From the IMG/VR virus record IMGVR_UViG_3300045588_000033, positions 1-64,000 of that record: a stretch of DNA of 64,000 nt. The stretch is one strand, 5' to 3'. The notes beneath the pieces were generated by a model, which was given only the letters and a program-made list of their open reading frames with translations, did not search any database and was not told where the DNA came from. Shown here one piece after another: positions 1-6,703 of this stretch; position 1 is the first letter of the stretch, and the number at the start of each line of letters is the position of its first letter. Origin of the DNA: a virus. The position numbers were made by a program, and so were the translations under genes.

Positions 1-330
1 AACCTCCTCACAACTTGGATTATTTACAAACCATTCTAAAAACTCATCATCAATAGATTGTACACCATCTAATGATTGGTCTGTTGTTAGGATTATTTTT
101 TTAAAGTCACTAATCCTATTATCTTTACCATGTACCGTTAATTTAGATACAACATTACAATAAGTATCATAGAACCAATCTCCTTCTTTAATTTCTTCAT
201 CATTAGTGATGTAGATGTGTTGACCATTAATAGTGTATTTACTAAGTACAGACTCACATAAAACTAACCCTGAATTTCCTAAATGTAACCTACTTGGTTT
301 ATCTGTTGGTAATAAGTGTAAATTTTTCAT
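1..330 (-). CDS. Hypothetical protein, truncated by window edge (MKNLHLLPTDKPSRL...YITNDEEIKEGDW...KKIILTTD)
   Basis: Open frame read by hand from ATG at 330 to the window edge; resembles a family common in Bacteroidota phages. Confidence 0.7.
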   Translation of the reverse strand, partial: MKNLHLLPTDKPSRLHLGNSGLVLCESVLSKYTINGQHIYITNDEEIKEGDWFYDTYCNVVSKLTVHGKDNRISDFKKIILTTDQSLDGVQSIDDEFLEWFVNNPSCEEV

Positions 331-331
331 A

Positions 332-739
332 TTACTTATGTTTTAATTTTGAAGTTAGTTCATCAACTTCAGATTGCTTTTTCTTTAACTCTGGTAATAA
401 TACCTCAAGTTTATGTTCTAAAACATCCTCTTCTGTTAAATGCCCAACATACTTAGTACCTCTTCTGCTATTTTTATCACTAAAAGCAATATAAAAAGAC
501 TCAGGTTTGTCTCCTATACCTGATGAAACTATATCAATACTATTACCATCAGGACGTATTTTACTTTGTCTATGCAGTATTTCAAATTCAACATATATCT
601 CCATGGGTTGCATATCTTTTTCTGTAAATCTATCAGAACGCATACCAACTACTGTTTTTTTTGAATAATTTCTTTTTTCAACATCATAGACATATACAGT
701 ACTTCCTAACTTTATATCTCTCCATTTTTCATTTGACAT
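332..739 (-). CDS. Hypothetical protein
   Basis: 135-aa ORF in a tightly packed minus-strand run. Confidence 0.7.
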   Translation of the reverse strand: MSNEKWRDIKLGSTVYVYDVEKRNYSKKTVVGMRSDRFTEKDMQPMEIYVEFEILHRQSKIRPDGNSIDIVSSGIGDKPESFYIAFSDKNSRRGTKYVGHLTEEDVLEHKLEVLLPELKKKQSEVDELTSKLKHK

Positions 740-744
740 ACTAC

Positions 745-882
745 TTAATTTTTATTTTTCCATTCTTTCCATGTATCAAAGTCCTTGAGCTTTTCAAGTT
801 TCCTTTTCCATTGAGCTTTTAAACTCATTCCTATAGCCCACATAACAAACATGCCTGATAGATATCCTATTACAAATTCCAT
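745..882 (-). CDS. Small membrane protein (45 aa, MEFVIGYLSGMFVMWAIG...)
   Basis: Hand-translated; fills the gap between neighbours; hydrophobic N-terminus. Confidence 0.55.
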   Translation of the reverse strand: MEFVIGYLSGMFVMWAIGMSLKAQWKRKLEKLKDFDTWKEWKNKN

Positions 883-883
883 A

Positions 884-1111
884 TTACTTAATGTTTTCTA
901 GTGGATAACTGTTTAGGATTGAATCTTTATCAACACTGCCATCGCTGAGATGTATCTCAAGTTCCTTTAATCTGGCATTTTGACTAGCTTCTTTCAATGC
1001 TGCTTCTACATGAAGTTTAGCAAATTCAATCATCATAGGAGTTAATAAATCTGTCATTCCTACTACATTATTTTCTTTTAGAAATTGTTCCGCTGTTGGT
1101 ATTTTTTCCAT
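884..1111 (-). CDS. Hypothetical phage protein (EFAKLHVEAALKEAS...DKDSILNSYPLENIK)
   Basis: 75-aa ORF in operon context. Confidence 0.75.
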   Translation of the reverse strand: MEKIPTAEQFLKENNVVGMTDLLTPMMIEFAKLHVEAALKEASQNARLKELEIHLSDGSVDKDSILNSYPLENIK

Positions 1112-1112
1112 A

Positions 1113-1673
1113 CTATTTACGTTTTAAAATTAAACAACCATCTGCATCATGCTTAAAAAGCACACCATCAAAAGCTTTGTTGTGAGCTGCTTTCATAGTA
1201 TCTGTAACAGAATAGACTTCACCATCTTCAACTTCAACTATTTCAACATCCCATTCAGTTTGTTGTAGTGATTGGATATGTTTATTTCTTAGTTCAGTCA
1301 TTGAGGAACAATCTTTGTCTTTATCATCTTCACACCAATCCCAAACTCTATCCATCGCAATCCTTACATCCTCCTCACTAAACTTCTTATCACCAAGAAT
1401 TTTTAGAGCGTGATGCCAACCAGCCTTGAAGCCTATTGTATGTGACTTTGAATCTAAACTATTATTAAATAGAATGTTTATTTTATTCATACTTGCCTTA
1501 GCCAACTCATACAAATCATAACCATTCTCAACTTCTTTGCAGTTTTTGAGGGATAGAGAATAGAAACCATGTTCTTCTGTAAGTTCTTTATTAGTAATTG
1601 CATAGATGTCATCTATATCTCCTGTCAATGATACTATATATCCTTCCAACATTTTAATTAATTTTGCTTCCAT
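1113..1673 (-). CDS. Hypothetical protein, MEAKLIK N-terminus
   Basis: 186-aa ORF; first 21 nt identical to upstream neighbour. Confidence 0.75.
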   Translation of the reverse strand: MEAKLIKMLEGYIVSLTGDIDDIYAITNKELTEEHGFYSLSLKNCKEVENGYDLYELAKASMNKINILFNNSLDSKSHTIGFKAGWHHALKILGDKKFSEEDVRIAMDRVWDWCEDDKDKDCSSMTELRNKHIQSLQQTEWDVEIVEVEDGEVYSVTDTMKAAHNKAFDGVLFKHDADGCLILKRK

Positions 1674-1677
1674 TTGA

Positions 1678-2148
1678 TCAATTCAATAGTTTATAAATGG
1701 TATCATAATCCATACCGTATTGATTACACTCATTTTCACCAACTGGTTCACATTTAACTAATCTTAGTTTATTATAATCATTAGTGAATGTTACTTTATA
1801 TCCATCATATCCATCACTAAATGCAATAAATTCCCATATATTATCATCTAGTTTTAATGTTTCTAAGTTTTCTGATTCGGAATCATAAAGAGATTTTGCT
1901 GTTGCATCATCAATATCATGAATATATCTAATAAATGATTCGAATTTCTTTTTCCATGATTTCTTAATCAATTCATAATTGGCAATATCAATCCCTAGGT
2001 GATGTAGCGCATCATTATCACGTTCATCATTTCTAGCATCAATTAGTTTTTTCAATATATCAATTACTGAATCACTATCAATTACAGCTATTTGTTCATC
2101 AAGTATTTGTAAAGCTTCTTCATGATCTTTAATTAATTTTGCTTCCAT
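1678..2148 (-). CDS. Hypothetical protein, MEAKLIK N-terminus
   Basis: 156-aa ORF. Confidence 0.7.
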   Translation of the reverse strand: MEAKLIKDHEEALQILDEQIAVIDSDSVIDILKKLIDARNDERDNDALHHLGIDIANYELIKKSWKKKFESFIRYIHDIDDATAKSLYDSESENLETLKLDDNIWEFIAFSDGYDGYKVTFTNDYNKLRLVKCEPVGENECNQYGMDYDTIYKLLN

Positions 2149-2151
2149 CTT

Positions 2152-2370
2152 TTAATTATTTAAATGATTTAATTGCTCATAGATTATTTCTCTAATCTTC
2201 TCATCATAATGATGTAATAATTCAGTTATATCATCTCCAGATACAGTGTGAATTAATTCTAAATGCATATTTTCTAACTCTTGTTCATCAGATTCATACG
2301 CTGCAGTAAAGTAATATCCAACATTTAGTTGAACGTTTTCTAACTCTATTGTAATTGTCTTGCTGTTCAT
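2152..2370 (-). CDS. Hypothetical acidic protein
   Basis: 72-aa ORF, tight packing. Confidence 0.65.
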   Translation of the reverse strand: MNSKTITIELENVQLNVGYYFTAAYESDEQELENMHLELIHTVSGDDITELLHHYDEKIREIIYEQLNHLNN

Positions 2371-2371
2371 T

Positions 2372-2569
2372 TTAAATAGTTTTAAATGATATTAATGCTA
2401 TCCATTTCTTTTCTTTAATCCATATTTGTTCAAATACAACTTTATGGTTATTTTTAGATGCATTAAGAGCATCAGCTTGATAAGAATCAACTTCCATTTC
2501 TAATGGATTGCCGTCTTCTAAATATTTAACAACCCATTTTTTACCTTTTTTAACTAATGTTCCTTCCAT
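2372..2569 (-). CDS. Hypothetical protein (likely start MEGTLVKK)
   Basis: ORF 2372..2602; internal ATG avoids overlap with the upstream gene. Confidence 0.6.
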   Translation of the reverse strand: MEGTLVKKGKKWVVKYLEDGNPLEMEVDSYQADALNASKNNHKVVFEQIWIKEKKWIALISFKTI

Positions 2570-2573
2570 CTTT

Positions 2574-2852
2574 TTATTTTTTAAATTTAGGACTACATCC
2601 AAATAATATTGTATTTTTAAATGATTGCTTAAAAATCTTGTGTTTGATTTTATAAAGCTTAGTAGTATTTTCTACTATTTCATCAAAGACAGACTCTTCT
2701 ATCTCATAGTCCATAAAAGGTATCTCTCTTTGTCCTCTTTCATTTACTGTAGAGTTTTTCAACAACTCATCAAATGATGCAGCGGGAGTTGCATTTGCAA
2801 ACAACTCCCTATAACAATGCATTATTGCTTTATCAATGTTCTTATTTGTCAT
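2574..2852 (-). CDS. Hypothetical protein (likely start MTNKNIDK)
   Basis: ORF 2574..2933 with the start shortened to reduce overlap. Confidence 0.65.
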   Translation of the reverse strand: MTNKNIDKAIMHCYRELFANATPAASFDELLKNSTVNERGQREIPFMDYEIEESVFDEIVENTTKLYKIKHKIFKQSFKNTILFGCSPKFKK

Positions 2853-3093
2853 TCTTTTTTCTTTTAGTTTCCTCAAGAGGATTAAAATACTTATCCCATT
2901 TAGAAAAATGTATTGATTTAATAGTTGCTGCATCTATCATATCCATGTTACCTTTTTTTTCAGCAAGTTTTTCTAATGCTAAATGAATTAAATCTGCTGT
3001 AACATAATCTATATGAATTCCTACCATGTTAAGTGCTACTAATAAATAGTGCTGCTTATCTTCATAATCTTTAATTTCTACTTTTCTTTCCAT
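2842..3093 (-). CDS. Hypothetical protein
   Basis: 83-aa ORF. Confidence 0.65.
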   Translation of the reverse strand: MERKVEIKDYEDKQHYLLVALNMVGIHIDYVTADLIHLALEKLAEKKGNMDMIDAATIKSIHFSKWDKYFNPLEETKRKKNDK

Positions 3094-3119
3094 AATTTAG
3101 ATTTTAGATTGTTAATAAT

Positions 3120-3262
3120 TGGTGGCTCTAGTGGGAATCGAACCCACCTTGTATACTGTAATATGTAATATGAATATGAAGGAGAGCTACTCACCCATAC
3201 TTCTCTATTTATTACCTCTACCCACTCACAGTTCAGGAGCTACCTTTACCTGTTATAGAGCC
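3120..3262 (-). ncRNA. tRNA-like RNA (143 nt) with a ~68-nt insert in place of the anticodon loop
   Basis: Acceptor stem GGCTCTA/TAGAGCC, discriminator A, encoded CCA, T arm GTGGG-TTCGATT-CCCAC, D-like stem CAGG/CCTG, anticodon-like stem ACTGT/ACAGT. Confidence 0.7.
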
Positions 3263-3471
3263 ATGTACGGGTCTTTCCCCGATTGTCACCATTGCCAATT
3301 TTGCGCATCAACTTGGACTTGCTTCCTAAAAGCTTTTTCTCCTATCTATTTAGAGCTGACCATTGGTTTTCACTCTCACTTCTTAATCAGTGATTTACTT
3401 CACTTAAAATAAATGCTGCAAATACTACAATTGCAATTATAAGATATTCCATTGTTATTTAATTTAATTAG

Positions 3472-3625
3472 TAGTCAGGACAGGAGCTGCCCCTGCACGT
3501 AACTTAGGTTTTCCGCTTTCACTTTTTTAGACCCTCCGTGAAATTGTTAGATGTGTCCTCACCAGTTATCCCTGTTACAGACCAAACTCTACCTCTTGCG
3601 TCTCTCATATTTCCGCCACCTGACT
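3472..3625 (-). ncRNA. Degenerate class II (Leu-like) tRNA frame (154 nt) with large central insert
   Basis: Acceptor stem AGTCAGG/CCTGACT, 5' TGGCGGAA...AGACGC D arm, T stem GCAGG/CCTGT with non-canonical loop GGCAGCT. Confidence 0.55.
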
Positions 3626-4169
3626 ATATTACTATTAGCTCTTTAGCATTCTACTCCCAGCTCCGAGGAATTGTATCTTACTTAGCCCATCTCACCGCTG
3701 TACGGGTACTAAAGTTTACTAATAGTTGAGGTTGAGAATTCCTCTGTGTTATAGAGAACTTATACTCTAATTTTTAGTACTCCTCATCTCATAACGGTTT
3801 GCTTACCGTATCGGGAATAACACATTTAATAAAACTAAGGCGTATTACACTATACTACTTTCTCTTACGAGCCTGTGACAGTTCTAGCTGCCCATTTCCT
3901 TAGTTTTAACAACATACCCTGTCAGCCCAAGTTGCTGAATATATTATATAAGGCTTAAATCCTATACACGACTTTCACCCATGAGCCTAGTCTAATATCC
4001 TTCCACAAACAACTCCACCTTGGTATGGATTCTAACCTTCTTTAGACTCTTGCTTACGTAGGGCCCTATAGTTTTCTTTTAATATTGGTTATTCATTTGC
4101 TTCCAGCAGGGTAATTTTATACTGTGCCAAAATTGTAAAATAATTATGCGTTTGGCGGATTATAAATTT

Positions 4170-4224
4170 TCATAACAAGGTATAAGCGCAATTGAAAAAA
4201 ACTGCGCCTATACGGATGTTAGGT
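4170..4224 (-). repeat. attC-like site 1
   Basis: TCATAAC 4170-4176, arms GTATAAGCGCA/TGCGCCTATAC (10/11), GTTAGGT 4218-4224. Confidence 0.75.
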
Positions 4225-4225
4225 G

Positions 4226-4537
4226 CTATTGTAAAGACAACCACTCCTCACCTTTAGCAGTTATTTCAAAATCTCCCCTACAACCACAGCTACAACCATC
4301 AACTAAACCACGTTTCATTAATTGCCTCATTTTTGCTAAAATCAATTTTTCAGAAGCAATATTTTTAGGCATTACATTTCTGACATCTCTATCATTTTCA
4401 AAATACCAGTTACACCAATGCCCTTTGTGTTTTAGCAAAAATTCCATAATAGGTTTGTCTGGTATCTCTTTACATTGAGAAACAACAGCACCTAACACGG
4501 GTTTGGCAAAAAAGCCGTTTTGTTCTTCGTTTGACAT
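4226..4537 (-). CDS. Cassette protein, wHTH-like with CxCGC motif; start codon lies inside the loop of site 2
   Basis: 103-aa ORF, LMKRGLVDGCSCGCRGDFEITAKG; stop abuts site 1. Confidence 0.75.
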   Translation of the reverse strand: MSNEEQNGFFAKPVLGAVVSQCKEIPDKPIMEFLLKHKGHWCNWYFENDRDVRNVMPKNIASEKLILAKMRQLMKRGLVDGCSCGCRGDFEITAKGEEWLSLQ

Positions 4538-4615
4538 ATTGTTCTAATTTTTAAGTTTTGTGCTTCGATTTAGCTTTTCGTTTCGGCTTCTTCGCCAAGC
4601 CCGAACCCGTTAGCG
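4490..4615 (-). repeat. attC-like site 2
   Basis: ACCTAAC 4490-4496, arms 4498-4517/4584-4603 (17/20), GTTAGCG 4609-4615. Confidence 0.8.
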
Positions 4616-4621
4616 GTCAGT

Positions 4622-4918
4622 TTAGTGAGAAGCATTGTAATAACCACTCCAAATTTTCTCTTTGCACTCAAATAAATTTGATAATTGTTTACCTAAATTA
4701 TATTCACGCATTGGGTTTCTGCAACTATCTATTTCTTTTTCTAAGTCTTTAATTCTTTGCTCGACCATTTGCTCAAACATTTCAGGAATATTATCTTGAA
4801 TTTCTTTTACTATTTCATTTTGAAATTTTGCCAAATCTTCTAATTCTTTACGTTTTGGAATACCTAACATAAATTTAGTAGTTAGCTTTAATAATTTATT
4901 TGTTACTTTTTTTGACAT
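4622..4918 (-). CDS. Cassette protein, helical hypothetical (likely start MSKKV)
   Basis: ORF 4622..4954 between sites 3 and 2. Confidence 0.7.
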   Translation of the reverse strand: MSKKVTNKLLKLTTKFMLGIPKRKELEDLAKFQNEIVKEIQDNIPEMFEQMVEQRIKDLEKEIDSCRNPMREYNLGKQLSNLFECKEKIWSGYYNASH

Positions 4919-4945
4919 AATATTTATTTGTTTAGAAAACCGAAC

Positions 4946-5080
4946 CGCTAACACTCGTTTTGTGCTATTACGGCAATTTCAGTTAATATTAAATTTTGTT
5001 GTTACGTTCACGTTTTTCGGTAGCCGAAAAACCTCTTTTCGCTTAGTGCCGTAACATCACAAAGCGAGATAACGTTATCA
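4946..5080 (-). repeat. attC-like site 3
   Basis: CGCTAAC 4946-4952, arms 4954-4975/5047-5068 (19/22), inner hairpin GTTTTTCGG/CCGAAAAAC, GTTATCA 5074-5080. Confidence 0.8.
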
Positions 5081-5362
5081 AACATTGATACGTTTTCTGT
5101 AACCGTTGCAAATATCAAGAATGAAATCTATTCTGTTTTCTTCTGTATCAAAACCAGTCATCATTTCTTCAAGAGTATCTTTCAGTATTCCCACTTGCTC
5201 ATCAATAAGTTTGTGCTTTTGTTTTTGCAGATATTCTTCAGCGTATTGACTACACATCAATTGTATTTTATACCTTCCCATTTCAGAGTTCCCAAACTTA
5301 TCAATAATCTCGTAAGCCATTTCTTGAATGGTTTTCTCTCTATCTATTTTTACTCTTTCCAT
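5078..5362 (-). CDS. Cassette protein, hypothetical
   Basis: 94-aa ORF; TGA stop overlaps the core of site 3. Confidence 0.7.
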   Translation of the reverse strand: MERVKIDREKTIQEMAYEIIDKFGNSEMGRYKIQLMCSQYAEEYLQKQKHKLIDEQVGILKDTLEEMMTGFDTEENRIDFILDICNGYRKRINV

Positions 5363-5404
5363 AATTCGAATTTTAGTTCATTTATAATCTTTTCCGCAAC
5401 GCTT

Positions 5405-5458
5405 TGCTAACAATAGATAAGCGCAACTTTGCAGTCGCTTATCTATATCACGTTATAA
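5405..5458 (-). repeat. attC-like site 4
   Basis: TGCTAAC 5405-5411, arms ATAGATAAGCG/CGCTTATCTAT (11/11), GTTATAA 5452-5458. Confidence 0.8.
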
Positions 5459-5695
5459 ATCAGTTTGCTTTTTACCAGTTCCTTTACACCAATCACAATC
5501 ACTTATCAATAGTTTGCCTGAACCTGAACAAGCAATGCAAACCGAACTTATAACAGTAGGTTGGTGCAATTTACTTAGTATCGCATCCGAAACAATATCG
5601 AAGTTATCTTCGTGTATCGCTTTTTCAGTTCTGCTACGGTCAATATATCCGCCATATTCTTTTAATAATTCAATAATTTCGTGCTTCGTTATCAT
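5453..5695 (-). CDS. Chimeric protein: N-terminus encoded in site 5 plus DnaJ-type zinc finger (CxxCxGxG x2) from the next cassette
   Basis: 80-aa ORF; CIACSGSG...CDWCKGTG; TAA stop is part of the TAAC core of site 4. Confidence 0.75.
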   Translation of the reverse strand: MITKHEIIELLKEYGGYIDRSRTEKAIHEDNFDIVSDAILSKLHQPTVISSVCIACSGSGKLLISDCDWCKGTGKKQTDL

Positions 5696-5745
5696 AATAT
5701 TTTATTTTTAATTCGTAAACTCCACCAACCTACATTACGTTATAA
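5548..5745 (-). repeat. attC-like site 5 (long protein-coding loop)
   Basis: TTATAAC 5548-5554, arms GTAGGTTGGTG/CACCAACCTAC (11/11), GTTATAA 5739-5745. Confidence 0.75.
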
Positions 5746-5749
5746 GCAA

Positions 5750-6049
5750 TTATGCTTCTTTTAGTGGTAGCCAAATTTCGGTATCTACAAAGCATTTTTC
5801 TTTACCTGATAAAGCATTGTACTTTTTAACATAGTCTTCTGCTACTTCTTTTGTGGTACAAACAACGTCTTCATTATTATTATCGTACCATCTTACAATT
5901 GCATAACTTCCAATAACAGCATCTTGGCTCAATGCGAGTTTCTTTTCCATCCAATCAGAATATGCAGGTATGTTGTCGCTAAATACCAAATCTGTTTCAC
6001 GAGAATATTCAATCCTCAATTTCATTCTTTGTTCACTTACTTTATTCAT
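5750..6049 (-). CDS. Chimeric hypothetical protein (likely start MNKVSEQ inside the loop of site 6)
   Basis: ORF 5750..6136; crosses site 6 at LSQDAVIGS. Confidence 0.7.
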   Translation of the reverse strand: MNKVSEQRMKLRIEYSRETDLVFSDNIPAYSDWMEKKLALSQDAVIGSYAIVRWYDNNNEDVVCTTKEVAEDYVKKYNALSGKEKCFVDTEIWLPLKEA

Positions 6050-6104
6050 TCTATTATATTTTTCGTTAATAATTCGCACTAAGCCAAGTTGCATTCCGTT
6101 ATAT
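5911..6104 (-). repeat. attC-like site 6 (long protein-coding loop)
   Basis: CAATAAC 5911-5917, arms 5919-5937/6074-6092 (16/19), GTTATAT 6098-6104. Confidence 0.75.
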
Positions 6105-6209
6105 GCAACGCTACTTGACTGCTTCCAATTCATCAATTCGTTTTATTTAACTGGACAAAAATACAGCCACAAATCAATGCAGCCGTATATTTTGTTTACA
6201 GTAACCTAT

Positions 6210-6335
6210 CTAAATAGTAAGTAATATATATACTGCATAACCTACAGCAAATAATCCTACTAATAATTGCAATAAAGGTAAACAACCTGCTGCTGCACTT
6301 TTGTTGTCTTCTTTGTTTTCTTCACTATTTTTCAT
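6210..6335 (-). CDS. Small membrane peptide (41 aa)
   Basis: Hand-translated MKNSEENKEDNKSAAAGCLPLLQLLVGLFAVGYAVYILLTI. Confidence 0.5.
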   Translation of the reverse strand: MKNSEENKEDNKSAAAGCLPLLQLLVGLFAVGYAVYILLTI

Positions 6336-6354
6336 CTTGTTTATATTTAATTAA

Positions 6355-6618
6355 TTAATAAAAAGGATTTGATATTCCTAATTGTCTACAATAATTGTCT
6401 CTTTTACCTATTAAATCGTAGTCTTGGCTCTCTGCTAAGCTACTATAATAGCACATTTCCTCGTATTCTTCAATGTCTTCTTCAAGACATAGCACAGGAA
6501 AGTTATCAGTTATTAATTGAGCTCTATGCTCATTATCTTTGGGCTTATACTCAAGCTCTATTGCTCGTAAGTATACTCCCAATTCAGTAATAATTACTCT
6601 TGGTTTTGTTTCTTGCAT
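6355..6618 (-). CDS. Hypothetical protein
   Basis: 87-aa ORF. Confidence 0.65.
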   Translation of the reverse strand: MQETKPRVIITELGVYLRAIELEYKPKDNEHRAQLITDNFPVLCLEEDIEEYEEMCYYSSLAESQDYDLIGKRDNYCRQLGISNPFY

Positions 6619-6664
6619 GATGGAGTTATTTAGGTGATACCGCTAAATTTTTTTTAAAGAAATA

Positions 6665-6695
6665 AAAGGGAGAATAGATTTACTATTCCCCCTTT
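6665..6695 (-). terminator. Intrinsic terminator
   Basis: Minus-strand hairpin AAAGGGGGAATAG/CTATTCTCCCTTT followed by a T-rich tract, just after the stop at 6704. Confidence 0.65.
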
Positions 6696-6703
6696 GCTTC
6701 AGA

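Larger units (their letters stand above)
4170..6104 (-). mobile_element. Integron-like cassette array with six attC-like sites and no integrase in the window (CALIN-like)
   Basis: Six TAAC-[inverted arms]-GTTA sites alternating with small ORFs; the two ends of each cassette are complementary to each other. Confidence 0.8.

Noticed and set aside
3120-3625. Canonical tRNA or tmRNA genes
   Set aside because: No 7-nt anticodon loop can be assigned; too short for tmRNA and no G3:U70 pair
3119-3729. Plus-strand ORFs 3119..3412 and 3538..3729
   Set aside because: Antisense to the local transcription direction, overlap the tRNA-like elements, no protein-like features
4170-6104. CRISPR array or simple terminators as explanation of the repeated hairpins
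   Set aside because: No identical direct repeats or uniform spacers; no U-tracts; loops up to ~150 nt; conserved TAAC/GTTA cores and cross-cassette complementarity are not explained
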